From Dehalococcoidales bacterium (GTDB lineage Bacteria > Chloroflexota > Dehalococcoidia > Dehalococcoidales > DAOVUZ01): a stretch of 29,108 nt of DNA. Where the stretch lies: the NCBI GenBank assembly GCA_030632305.1, contig DAOVUZ010000001.1:1-29108 (forward strand). The letters run 5' to 3'. A model generated the notes under the pieces. The model ran no database searches. It was given only the letters and a program-made list of their open reading frames with translations, and had not been told where the DNA came from. The position numbers were made by a program, and so were the translations under genes. The stretch's first letter is position 1; each line of letters starts with the position of its first letter. Below, piece after piece: positions 17,763-26,852 of the stretch.

Positions 17763-20184
17763 TAGCCACTACCTTATCCTTATGACTAAGCTTCATCAGC
17801 CTCACCCCCTGGGTGCTCCTGCCCTGAATAGTAATGCCCTGTCTGGGGTCCTGCTCCTTCACCGGAGTGCGGATAACAATTCCCTCTGCAGATATAATCA
17901 TTGCCTGTTGAGATAGGGAAACCAGCATGGCACCAGCAATATCACCCGCTTTTTCAATCAGATTAAAAGTCCTGACCCCGCTGCCAGCCCGGTGTTGACG
18001 TGGATAGTCACCAACCGGGGTGAGTTTACCAAAACCTCCGGTGGTAACGACTAAAAGGAACTTATCCGGGTAGGCAATATCCATACCGACCACCTGGTCA
18101 CCAGGTAGAAGGCGGATACCACACACCCCACCACTGGTTCTGGAGGTAGCCCTTAAACCAGATACAGCAAACCTGATTGACTGCCCTTTTTGAGTTATTA
18201 ATATAACATCATCCTGGTCAGTAGCTAAACTTGCCGCCACCAATTCATCACCCTCCTCCAAATCCATGGCGATAAGCCCGCTACTGCGCACTGAAGCAAA
18301 CCTATCCAGAGCCGTCTTTTTTATCTCCCCCCGGCAAGTAGCCATCAATAAGTAGGCATCTGGACTAAAATCAGCCACCACTACCAGAGCCGTGACCCTC
18401 TCACCCTCGGTGATAGGGAAAAGGTTAACCACAGCCATCCCTTTAGCAGTGCGGGAGCTCTCAGATGGGATTTCATAGCACCTGAGGCAAAAGACCTTGC
18501 CTCGGTTGGTGAACAGCAATAGATTATCATGGGTATCAGCCACCGCCAGAAGTCTTACTGCATCTGCCTCCCTGGTTACCATGCCAATAATACCCCTGCC
18601 ACCACGATGTTGTGGCTTGTAACTACGAGATGGTACCCTCTTGATAAATCCTCTATCACTGAGGGTTACCACCACTCTTTGATGGGGGACAAGGTCCTCC
18701 TCATCAAATTCCACCACCCCTTCCTCACTTATCTCGGTTCGCCGTGGGTCGCTATATTTAGACTTTAACTCGTCCACCTCCTCCTTTATCAGCAGAAACA
18801 TTTTCTTCGGGTTAGCCAGAAGGTCTTCCAGATAGGCAATGGTTCTTATCACCTCAGTATACTCATCAATTATCTTGCGTCGCTCTAGATTAGCTAGCCG
18901 GCGCAACTGCATATCAAGAATGGCTTGCGCCTGAATCTGGGATAAGCTAAAACCCGTCATAAGGTTACGACGAGCCGTCTCAGCAGTTTCAGATTTCCGT
19001 ATAGTAGCAATCACCTCATCTATGTTGTCTAAAGCAATTTTAAGCCCCTCCAGGATATGAGCCCTCGCCTTAGCCACTTTCAGCTCAAACCGAGAGCGCC
19101 GGGTGATAACCTCGTAGCGGAAATTTATGTAATACCGAAGCGCCTCCTTAAGGCTAATTACCCGGGGCTGTCCATCAACCAGAGCCACCATATTGACGAA
19201 GAAAGCTGACTGCATCGATGTATACTTATACAGGTTATTTAAGACCTGCTCCGGTTGAGCTTCTCTCCTCAGCTCAATAACAATACGCATCCCCTGGCGG
19301 TCTGACTCATCGCGTAGCTCACTGATGCCCCCGATTTTCTTATCCTTGACCAGCTCGGCTATCCTCTCCACCAGGGCAGCCTTATTCGTCTGATAGGGAA
19401 GCTCGGTAACAATTATTTGACGGCGTCCAACCCCAAGCACATCTCCAAAATGAACCTTAGCCCGAACTACTATTCGGCCATGCCCGGTAGCATAGGCATT
19501 CTTAATCCCCTCCTGCCCCAGAATGATGCCAGCGGTAGGGAAATCAGGCCCTTTAACAAATTGAGTAAGTTCATCAACCGTGGCTTCGGGATTATCAATA
19601 AGGTAAGAGATGGCATCACACACCTCCCCCAGATTATGAGGGGGGATATTGGTAGCCATCCCGACAGCAATTCCAGAACTACCATTAACCAGTAAATTGG
19701 GCAGGCGGGTGGGTAAAACTGAAGGCTCGTTAAGGCTATCATCAAAGTTTGGCACAAAGTCGACAGTATCCTTATCAATGTCAACCAACATCTGCTCGGA
19801 AATGGGAGCCAGGCGTACCTCGGTATAACGCATAGCTGCCGGGGGATCATTATCCATGCTGCCAAAATTACCCTGACCATCAACCAGGAGATACCGCATC
19901 GAGAAATCCTGCGCCATACGCACCATGGCATCATAAACCGAGGTGTCACCGTGAGGATGGTATTTACCCAACACCTCACCAACAACACGGGCACTCTTCT
20001 TGTGAGGGCCAGTATGACTTAGCCCCAGACCAGCCATAGCATAAAGAATACGCCGGTGTACCGGCTTTAACCCGTCCCTGACATCAGGTAAGGCACGGGA
20101 AACGATGACGCTCATCGCATAGTCAAGGTAAGAGCTCCTCATCTCATCTTCTATATTTACTGGTCTAGTCTTTCCTAAAACCAT
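17746..20184 (-). CDS. gyrA: DNA gyrase subunit A
   Basis: [16 protein letters not shown], catalytic AAMRYTE, GyrA box QHRGGRG and beta-pinwheel repeats. Confidence 0.98.
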   Translation of the reverse strand: MVLGKTRPVNIEDEMRSSYLDYAMSVIVSRALPDVRDGLKPVHRRILYAMAGLGLSHTGPHKKSARVVGEVLGKYHPHGDTSVYDAMVRMAQDFSMRYLLVDGQGNFGSMDNDPPAAMRYTEVRLAPISEQMLVDIDKDTVDFVPNFDDSLNEPSVLPTRLPNLLVNGSSGIAVGMATNIPPHNLGEVCDAISYLIDNPEATVDELTQFVKGPDFPTAGIILGQEGIKNAYATGHGRIVVRAKVHFGDVLGVGRRQIIVTELPYQTNKAALVERIAELVKDKKIGGISELRDESDRQGMRIVIELRREAQPEQVLNNLYKYTSMQSAFFVNMVALVDGQPRVISLKEALRYYINFRYEVITRRSRFELKVAKARAHILEGLKIALDNIDEVIATIRKSETAETARRNLMTGFSLSQIQAQAILDMQLRRLANLERRKIIDEYTEVIRTIAYLEDLLANPKKMFLLIKEEVDELKSKYSDPRRTEISEEGVVEFDEEDLVPHQRVVVTLSDRGFIKRVPSRSYKPQHRGGRGIIGMVTREADAVRLLAVADTHDNLLLFTNRGKVFCLRCYEIPSESSRTAKGMAVVNLFPITEGERVTALVVVADFSPDAYLLMATCRGEIKKTALDRFASVRSSGLIAMDLEEGDELVAASLATDQDDVILITQKGQSIRFAVSGLRATSRTSGGVCGIRLLPGDQVVGMDIAYPDKFLLVVTTGGFGKLTPVGDYPRQHRAGSGVRTFNLIEKAGDIAGAMLVSLSQQAMIISAEGIVIRTPVKEQDPRQGITIQGRSTQGVRLMKLSHKDKVVAITCFD

Positions 20185-20199
20185 ATTCAGTTAAACCTC

Positions 20200-21018
20200 C
20201 TATTCCTCATCACTAGCTTTGTCATCATCAATATCAGGAGACTCCTCAGGCAATAATTCTGTCCCGTCTTCACTTACTATGGTATAACCAGGCTCCTCCA
20301 CCAATTCCTCTTCATATTCCAACTCACGCCTGAGTATTCTCTCGCCAACATAAGGTCGGAGTTCCTCAATCCCCTTCGCCGGGAAGGAGAGCCGCCCCGC
20401 CTGAGACGGGTCATGATATACCTCTCTAATAACGATACTCATCATGTCTTCTGCCGAGCTGATGATAGCAGCGGTATACTTATTGCCCCCCTCCATCAAT
20501 TTAATAAGTTGCCGCCCCTGCTTGGGGTCGACCTGCCCTAGATACTCCCCACGACCATCTTCCACTACTAAACTAGTCCCGTCTATCCTCAAATATACCT
20601 TATCACCAGCCACCATTCTGGCTAGTATCTCCGGTAGCGCCAGGCGATAAAGGTCAACCACCCCCGCCTTACCCGTTTCCTCAATAAAATGCTGCGGCTC
20701 AGCCTTTTGAGAACCACTCCCTAAACCAACCACTGCTTCCCCTAAACAGGATAAACGATGAAGGTTCTTTGTGGCAATGACATTATAAGAGTCAAGTTCC
20801 ATAGCTCGCTCGTAGGCTTCCTTTGCCCGAGAATAATCCCCCAGCTCCATATAGGCTCTACCCAAACGATTATAGGCACCAACATCGTTGGGGAAGCTGC
20901 CTATTATGCTTATATTAGCCGCTATTGCCTCCCGCCACCGACCCTGCATAGCTAAGGCTATAGCCTCCTTCGTGAGCTGCCGCCTTGGTCTTACCTGCCC
21001 CTCTTCCTGATACGACAC
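20200..21018 (-). CDS. TPR protein with a possible HIRAN-like C-terminal domain and an acidic tail
   Basis: TPR AYNRLGRAYMELGDYSRAKEAYERAMELD; acidic C-terminus; GGAG upstream of the GTG start; ends 15 nt before gyrA. Confidence 0.8.
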   Translation of the reverse strand: MSYQEEGQVRPRRQLTKEAIALAMQGRWREAIAANISIIGSFPNDVGAYNRLGRAYMELGDYSRAKEAYERAMELDSYNVIATKNLHRLSCLGEAVVGLGSGSQKAEPQHFIEETGKAGVVDLYRLALPEILARMVAGDKVYLRIDGTSLVVEDGRGEYLGQVDPKQGRQLIKLMEGGNKYTAAIISSAEDMMSIVIREVYHDPSQAGRLSFPAKGIEELRPYVGERILRRELEYEEELVEEPGYTIVSEDGTELLPEESPDIDDDKASDEE

Positions 21019-21047
21019 CTTCTACTCCGTAATCAGTATTGACCATT

Positions 21048-21076
21048 ATTCTACATCAGCCAAAACAGCTAAACAA
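21048..21076 (-). promoter_or_regulatory. Promoter of the TPR-gyrA unit
   Basis: TTGTTT-17-TAGAAT on the minus strand. Confidence 0.5.
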
Positions 21077-21095
21077 GTCAAAGTTTATGAGGTTA

Positions 21096-21307
21096 TTTAG
21101 CAACCTATCCCCCTGACCCCCTTCCCTTAATAAGGGAAGGGGGAGTGTAGGTAAGAGAGGGGCTCCACCCCTCTCTAAAATCTCTTCCCTCTCCTTTGAC
21201 GGAGATTAAACTAACGGGGCGTCTAAGAGGGGCGTTAGCCCCTCTTTTTAATATCCTTCCCCCTCTCCTTTAAAGGAGAGGGGGATTAAGGGGGTGAGGT
21301 TGATAAA
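21096..21307. repeat. Composite inverted REP/REPIN- or MITE-like element: two ~95-nt double-hairpin units in opposite orientation
   Basis: 12-bp stem at 21117-21143, 9-bp stems at 21154-21176 and 21225-21246, perfect 28-bp palindrome at 21258-21285. Imperfect terminal inverted repeats TTTAGCAACC / TTTATCAACC. Confidence 0.8.
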
Positions 21308-21308
21308 A

Positions 21309-21337
21309 TTGACAATCTATCGTAGCTATGTTACAGT
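21309..21337 (+). promoter_or_regulatory. Promoter of the NifU-domain gene
   Basis: TTGACA-17-TACAGT with an extended TG; abuts the end of the repeat. Confidence 0.65.
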
Positions 21338-21401
21338 TTAACTTGTCTGTCCAGCAATTCCCACTGAATAAAAGAAATAACTTTTGCCGAGAGGAGTTAT
21401 G

Positions 21402-21620
21402 ATGCGAGACAAGGTGGAAGAAGTTTTAGATAAGATACGACCCAACCTAATGCTCGATGGGGGTAATGTGGAACTGGTTGATGTCAACAACGGTGTAGTC
21501 AAGGTAAAACTAACCGGTGCCTGCGGTGGCTGTGCTATGGCTACCCTCACCTTAAAGATGGGAATTGAACGAATATTGAAGCAAGAAATCCCCGAAGTTA
21601 AAGAAGTGGTCGCTGTCTAA
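21402..21620 (+). CDS. NifU/NfuA-type Fe-S cluster carrier domain protein
   Basis: IRPNLMLDGGNVELV and GACGGC motifs; GAGGAG 5 nt before ATG 21402. Confidence 0.93.
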   Translation: MRDKVEEVLDKIRPNLMLDGGNVELVDVNNGVVKVKLTGACGGCAMATLTLKMGIERILKQEIPEVKEVVAV

Positions 21621-21704
21621 GCCTAATAGATATATTACTTGGACTGAGGGGGCTTTGCCTTTTCAAACTTATATCTCTTGTGTTGGGGAAGTTTGCCCGC
21701 CAGT

Positions 21705-22946
21705 TTAAGGGGAAACCTCCCTCTCCTCTTCCGCTACTTCCAACTGAAAAGTCTCGTGCAGGACACCAACTGCATCCTCAACCCTGGACTCATCAATAAT
21801 GCAGGTTATCCTTATCTCCGAAGTAGTAATAAGCTGGATATTAATGCCCTTTTCACTGAGTGCGCTAAACATCCTTACCGCATAACCAGGGGTATTGAGC
21901 ATCCCGGTGCCTATAATACTAACCTTGCCCAGCTTGGAATCACTGACGCAGTCCCTGGCGCTAATTGACTTGGCGATAGGTTCCACTAGACGCATTGCCT
22001 TAGCCAGCTGGCTTTTAGCCACAGTAAAGGTTAAATCAGTAATTTTATCAACACTGGCGTTCTGAACAATGGTATCGACACTAATACCCGCCTTAGCCAG
22101 AGGCTTCAAGATAGACACCGCAATGCCTGGTCGGTCAGGAACACCAACCACCGTTATCTTAGCCACATCAAGGTCGTAAGCCACACTTCTTACCTTATTT
22201 CTCACTTCCATAGATACCCCTCCGTGAATTAATGTACCTGAACTTTGAGTAAAACTAGAAGTTACCAGGATAGGAAGGTTAAATAGCTCCCCCAGTTCAA
22301 CCGCTCGGGGGTGCAACACCCTAGCCCCATAGCTTGCCAGCTCCAGCATCTCCTCGTAGCCAATCTCTGTGAGCTTCCGCGCTTTGGGAACAAGGCGCGG
22401 GTCGGCGGTATAGACACCATCAACATCAGTACATATCTGGCATACCTCTGCGTCCAGACTGGCAGCCAGAGCCACCGCCGTAGTATCAGAGCCACCCCGC
22501 CCCAGGGTAGTTATATCCATGTCATCAGTAACCCCCTGAAAGCCAGCAACAATGACAATATTCCCCTTATTCAGCTCCCTGACCACCCGTTTGGATTCAA
22601 CCCTTTCAATCCTAGCCCCACTATAATTAGCATCAGTCCGTATCCCTGCCTGAGCACCACTGAGGCTGATTGCCTCATAACCCAGAGCCTTCAGTGCCAT
22701 TGCCAGCAAGGTACTGGAAACAATCTCCCCGGTGGACAACAGAACATCAAGCTCCCGGTCACCGGGGTGCTTATTAATCCGGTAAGCCATCTCAATCAAG
22801 TCGTTGGTGGTATCCCCCATCGCCGAGACTACAACCACCACCTGGTCCCCCCTATCCCTGGACCAGGCTATACGCCGAGCCACCTTCTTAATCCGGTCAG
22901 CATCCGCCACCGACGAACCACCATATTTTTGAACAATTAAAGCCAT
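21705..22946 (-). CDS. lysC: Aspartate kinase with two ACT domains
   Basis: [39 protein letters not shown] and TSEIRI motifs. Confidence 0.96.
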   Translation of the reverse strand: MALIVQKYGGSSVADADRIKKVARRIAWSRDRGDQVVVVVSAMGDTTNDLIEMAYRINKHPGDRELDVLLSTGEIVSSTLLAMALKALGYEAISLSGAQAGIRTDANYSGARIERVESKRVVRELNKGNIVIVAGFQGVTDDMDITTLGRGGSDTTAVALAASLDAEVCQICTDVDGVYTADPRLVPKARKLTEIGYEEMLELASYGARVLHPRAVELGELFNLPILVTSSFTQSSGTLIHGGVSMEVRNKVRSVAYDLDVAKITVVGVPDRPGIAVSILKPLAKAGISVDTIVQNASVDKITDLTFTVAKSQLAKAMRLVEPIAKSISARDCVSDSKLGKVSIIGTGMLNTPGYAVRMFSALSEKGINIQLITTSEIRITCIIDESRVEDAVGVLHETFQLEVAEEEREVSP

Positions 22947-22986
22947 TTATTTAAATCTCAAAAACCAAACAATTCGCCTCTAAACT

Positions 22987-23015
22987 ATTTTACACTACTC
23001 AGCAGGCTCAAACAA
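22987..23015 (-). promoter_or_regulatory. Aspartate kinase promoter
   Basis: TTGTTT-17-TAAAAT on the minus strand. Confidence 0.55.
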
Positions 23016-23019
23016 ATGA

Positions 23020-24213
23020 TTATACCCCTATCAATCGTCCCATAATATTATACCCCTGATCAATAAACAAGCCAGTATTTTCCGCTTCGGACTCGGTGAA
23101 TCTCTTTGCTCCGTTGGCAGCAAACCCCCCTCCCCAGAGCAGAAACGGCACCGGCTCAGGACTATGGGTCTGAGTCTTAATCGGTGTGGGGTGGTCGGGC
23201 ATAACCAGCACCCGAAGACCGTCTGGTTGCCACGAGCGGAGTCGGCTGATAACCTCCCTGTCCACCCTCTGGATAGCCTCCACTTTATCCTCAACGGAGC
23301 CATCATGAGCCGCCTCGTCCGGGGCTTCAATATGGATAACTACCAGATCGTGTTGTTTAAGTACTTCCAGAGCACCAACTGCCTGAGCCGCATAATCATT
23401 ATCCAGACCGTCGGTCACCCCCGGTATATCTAATACGTCCATTCCCACCATCTGGGCTAAGCCTCGGAGAAGGTCAACCCCGGAGGTCATCGCCCCGTCA
23501 ACACCATAAACCTGATTGAAGGCGGGCATATCAGGAACCTTGCCACTACCCCAGAAGAGCCAAATCATCGTCGCTGGTATATCCCCCCGCTCCCTGCGCT
23601 CCACATTCACCGGATGCTCCTGGAGCACCACTTCCGACCATGTCATCAGGTCTCGCAACAGGTCACTCCCCTGACCGCGGGGCATAAACCCATCAATAGG
23701 CTTGCCCGGAATATCATGCGGGGGGGTACAGATAGCGAGAAGGGTATCCTCTCGCCCCTTGAGCTTGCATATGTGGCGGTAGCTGACGCCGGGGTAAAAG
23801 TGAACTTTGTCACTACCAAGGCTCTCCTCCAGAGCAGCAATAAGGGCTTGAGCTTCGTCAGTGCTAATATGACCCGAGCTATAGTCCCACATCCTGCCAT
23901 CCCGAGTAGCCACCAGATTACACCGAAAAACAACATCGCCACTGTCTATAGGAATGCCCATGCTCCTAGCTTCAATCCCAGCCCGCCCCCGGTAATAGAC
24001 CTTCGCGTCGTAACCAAGCACCGACATACAGGCGCAGGCACTGCTGGCTTCCATCCCCTCAGGAACGGTGCGGACCAGCCCCACAGAGCCCTCCTGCGCC
24101 ATAGCATCCAGGTTTGGCGTATCAGCCAGCTCCAGGCAGGTCTTGCCGCCACGCTCAGTTAGCGGTAAGCCGGCGGCACCATCAATTATCACAACACAGT
24201 ATTTCTTTTTTAT
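23020..24213 (-). CDS. apgM: Cofactor-independent phosphoglycerate mutase-like protein (ApgM / TIGR02535 proposed homoserine kinase family); start codon uncertain
   Basis: KYCVVIIDG, TPNLD, EAPDEAAHDG, MPDHPTP and THSPEPVP motifs. The only canonical start is GTG 24192, inside the first conserved strand. Confidence 0.85.
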   Translation of the reverse strand: MKKKYCVVIIDGAAGLPLTERGGKTCLELADTPNLDAMAQEGSVGLVRTVPEGMEASSACACMSVLGYDAKVYYRGRAGIEARSMGIPIDSGDVVFRCNLVATRDGRMWDYSSGHISTDEAQALIAALEESLGSDKVHFYPGVSYRHICKLKGREDTLLAICTPPHDIPGKPIDGFMPRGQGSDLLRDLMTWSEVVLQEHPVNVERRERGDIPATMIWLFWGSGKVPDMPAFNQVYGVDGAMTSGVDLLRGLAQMVGMDVLDIPGVTDGLDNDYAAQAVGALEVLKQHDLVVIHIEAPDEAAHDGSVEDKVEAIQRVDREVISRLRSWQPDGLRVLVMPDHPTPIKTQTHSPEPVPFLLWGGGFAANGAKRFTESEAENTGLFIDQGYNIMGRLIGV

Positions 24214-24300
24214 TAACCCTATCCCCTTTATCCCCTTCCCCTTGGCAAGGGGAAGGGGAAGATCTTTTCTTAAGAGGGACTCCGTCCCTCTTTAACTCCT
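24209..24300. repeat. Single unit of the double-hairpin repeat family
   Basis: TTTATTAACCCTATCCCCTTTATCCCCTTCCCTT-GGC-AAGGGGAAGGGGA, then AAGAGGGAC-TCC-GTCCCTCTT. Colinear with both halves of 21096-21307. Confidence 0.75.
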
Positions 24301-24424
24301 CTTCAGTATTTTCTTCTCTGAAGAAGGCGATATCAAATTCTGAAGGGGTGTATCCTTTCACACTTCCCTTGACAAATAACCCCTGGTTTACAATTCAGGT
24401 CAAATCCGCCTATAATAATGCTGG

Positions 24425-24502
<78 letters not shown>

Positions 24503-24505
24503 CTC

Positions 24506-25285
24506 CTATTCCACCTTCTTCTTCGCCTCTTCCCACAGGGCGTTTTGCTCATCAAAGGATAGCTCACCAAAATTAAGCCCGCGCTGGCGGCAGAGCTCTT
24601 CCATACAGGAGAAACGGTGGTAAAACCGCCGGTTAGCCTCCCTCAGTGCCGACTCTAAATCTACCCCCAGGCGGCGGGCAACGTTAGCCAGAGTAAATAG
24701 TAAATCGCCAAACTCCTGCCCTTTCCGCTCCCGGCTATCGGCTTGTTTAAATTCACTAACCTCCTCAGCTAGCTTGTCGATAACGCCGCCAATATCCTCC
24801 CAGTCAAAGCCGACCCGAGCCACCCGGTCTTGAATTTCCTGACTATAACTTAAGGCTGGCATCTCCTGGGGCACATTGGACAGCATAGAGGTATCAGCCC
24901 CCCTCTCCTCTTTCTTGAGAGCCTCCCAGTTAACCAGCACCTCCTCGGCATCCTTTACCTTGATTGAGCCAAAGACATGGGGGTGACGATGAATTAGCTT
25001 GGTATTGATGCTACTTATTACATCCCCCACCTCAAATTCCCCGGCTTCAGTGGCAATCTGGGCATGGAGCACAACCTGCATCAGCAGGTCGCCTAATTCG
25101 TGGCAAAGCTTCCCCGAATCCCCCTCATCCAGAGCCTCCAACACCTCATAACACTCCTGCAGCAGGTTTTCCCTGAGTGAAGAATGGGTCTGCTTCCTGT
25201 CCCACGGACAACCATCGCCGGCTCGTAGTCGGGCTATAATGGCTACCAGGGCGTCAAACTGGCTCAGGTTCTCAGGTAAAGACAA
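24506..25285 (-). CDS. mazG: Nucleoside triphosphate pyrophosphohydrolase MazG
   Basis: GCPWDRKQT, ELGDLL, KLIHRHPHVFG and EFGDLLF motifs; GAGGAGG before the TTG start. Confidence 0.96.
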   Translation of the reverse strand: MSLPENLSQFDALVAIIARLRAGDGCPWDRKQTHSSLRENLLQECYEVLEALDEGDSGKLCHELGDLLMQVVLHAQIATEAGEFEVGDVISSINTKLIHRHPHVFGSIKVKDAEEVLVNWEALKKEERGADTSMLSNVPQEMPALSYSQEIQDRVARVGFDWEDIGGVIDKLAEEVSEFKQADSRERKGQEFGDLLFTLANVARRLGVDLESALREANRRFYHRFSCMEELCRQRGLNFGELSFDEQNALWEEAKKKVE

Positions 25286-25312
25286 AGTAGCCTCCTCAAG
25301 TTGTTACCACAG

Positions 25313-25341
25313 ATTATACAAGCTGGTCTGGAAATGAGCAA
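25313..25341 (-). promoter_or_regulatory. mazG promoter
   Basis: TTGCTC-17-TATAAT on the minus strand. Confidence 0.6.
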
Positions 25342-25397
25342 TGTTACCTGCTGTCCGTAAGGCGTAGCCCGAGGGGAAATTGCGGCATAGTTACCCT

Positions 25398-26345
25398 TCA
25401 ACTGTATGGCAGCGTTGCCCCGATGAAGTGCTTCTGCCCTCTCAAAAACTCAGCGGCAGACATAGCTTGCTTCCCTTCCAGTTGAACACTTAACACGCCC
25501 AAAATCCCGTCCCCGGTATAGATTCCAGATACAGCCCCCTCCCTGGCTGGTGTTAGAGCTACCACCCGCCCTGCTTCAAGCCTTGTTTCCTCGGGAAGAG
25601 GCACCGCCTCAATAATCTTGAGCTGCCTGCCTTGCCATCGGGTGTAACCCCCTGGCCAGGGATGAAAGGCACGCACTCGCCGCCATATGTCTACAGTCGA
25701 TAGATGCCAGTCAATCTCACCCTCTGCCTTGGCAATTGAGCTATGGTAGGTAGCTTCGGCTTCATTCTGGGGTTGCGGGCTGATTTCACCCTTTGTCCAG
25801 CGAACTAAGACCTCCTGAAGCAACCAGACTGCTATCTGGGATAATTTAGCCGTAAGTGAGCCGGTAGTATCCTGCGGGGAAATAGGAACCTGTGCCCTGG
25901 CTAATATGGGACCAGTATCCAAACCCTTGTCCATCAGCATAATGCTTACCCCGGTAAACTCATCGCCAGCCAGAATAGCTGCCGCCACTGGTGATGCGCC
26001 CCGAAATCTGGGCAGCAGAGACGGATGAATATTAATACACCCGTAGCTGGGGACAGCCAAAACCGACTTTGGCAGAATCTGACCAAAGGCAGCCACCACA
26101 ATAACATCAGGGTTAAACGCGGCCAGTTGCGCCACTGCCTCTGCCCCGTTTAAACTAACTGGCTGCACCACCGGCAACTTCCAGGTTAGGGCTGCCCTTT
26201 TCAGTGGCGGAGAAACCAGGAAACGCCCCCTGCCTGCCGGTTTATCACCCTGAGTATAAACAGCAACCACCTGGTAGTGATTAAGCATTAGGCGCTCCAG
26301 ACAGGGAACAGCAAACTCAGGGGTGCCCATAAAAATAACTCGCAA
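25398..26345 (-). CDS. fmt: Methionyl-tRNA formyltransferase
   Basis: RVIFMGTPEFA, INIHPSLLPRFRGASP, LDTGP and RVRAFHPWPG motifs. Start placed at TTG 26345 with GGGAGG 6 nt upstream. Confidence 0.96.
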   Translation of the reverse strand: MRVIFMGTPEFAVPCLERLMLNHYQVVAVYTQGDKPAGRGRFLVSPPLKRAALTWKLPVVQPVSLNGAEAVAQLAAFNPDVIVVAAFGQILPKSVLAVPSYGCINIHPSLLPRFRGASPVAAAILAGDEFTGVSIMLMDKGLDTGPILARAQVPISPQDTTGSLTAKLSQIAVWLLQEVLVRWTKGEISPQPQNEAEATYHSSIAKAEGEIDWHLSTVDIWRRVRAFHPWPGGYTRWQGRQLKIIEAVPLPEETRLEAGRVVALTPAREGAVSGIYTGDGILGVLSVQLEGKQAMSAAEFLRGQKHFIGATLPYS

Positions 26346-26365
26346 CTTAAGCCTCCCAGCGCTAA

Positions 26366-26394
26366 ATTCTAACACTAAAATTTTTTTCCAACAA
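26366..26394 (-). promoter_or_regulatory. fmt promoter
   Basis: TTGTTG-17-TAGAAT with an extended TG. Confidence 0.5.
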
Positions 26395-26498
26395 CCAGCC
26401 ATCATTAGATCTATCAGCTAAATATTAGGTAAAAAAACGAGCCTAACAGACCTAGCAAGGAAATAGCAAGCTTAAAGACAGCCCGCAACTGGTGCGCC

Positions 26499-26518
26499 AA
26501 AACTTGCCAGCAGGCAAG
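26499..26518 (-). terminator. Candidate intrinsic terminator
   Basis: CTTGCC-TGCT-GGCAAG followed by TTTT on the minus strand. Confidence 0.45.
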
Positions 26519-26553
26519 CCCAGCAGTATCATAAATATGGACAATTTAGGCAA

Positions 26554-26730
26554 TTAGAAAAATGAGTTCGACTGCTGGCATATTATATCTGTGATGGAGA
26601 TAACAGATAAAAGAGAAAGTTTGATAGACCTAGTAAGGGAGTTGATGTGTCCAAAATAACCAGCAACCAGCACCAAAAACCTTGCTATCAAAGAAGCCGA
26701 GGGTGATATGCTAGTACCATGATTTTTCAA
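26554..26730 (-). CDS. Candidate 58-aa hydrophobic small protein
   Basis: GGAGG 5 nt before the TTG start, a hydrophobic core and a downstream terminator. No recognisable homology. Confidence 0.3.
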   Translation of the reverse strand: MKNHGTSISPSASLIARFLVLVAGYFGHINSLTRSIKLSLLSVISITDIICQQSNSFF

Positions 26731-26852
26731 GTTTTCCTCCCTCACTCCTCAGCTAGGGCCGCTACCACCCCAAACCACCTGCCCTAAAACGGTACTTTGT
26801 TTTATAACTAAACTAGTTAATTTTAGAGGGTTAAACTGGGTCAAACAATGGG

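Noticed and set aside
19925-19970. Thr at the GyrA Ser83-equivalent position as a quinolone-resistance allele
   Set aside because: Thr is the natural residue in many susceptible species.
19470-19994. 174-aa same-strand alternative-frame ORF
   Set aside because: Lies wholly inside intact gyrA; no sign of a frameshift or of its own RBS.
21096-21307. Hairpin cluster as a CRISPR array, terminator set or autonomous IS
   Set aside because: No repeat-spacer periodicity, no cas or transposase gene, and it lies between 5' ends rather than downstream of genes.
22311-22940. 209-aa plus-strand ORF
   Set aside because: Antisense shadow of the aspartate kinase gene.
22947-23019. Lysine riboswitch or T-box upstream of aspartate kinase; ARG box at argC
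   Set aside because: The gap is too short and none of the conserved motifs is visible.
23614-24162. 182-aa plus-strand ORF
   Set aside because: Antisense shadow of the ApgM-like gene.
24369-24394. TTGACA...TACAAT as the tRNA promoter
   Set aside because: Spacer is only 14 bp; TATAAT at 24411 fits the tRNA start better.
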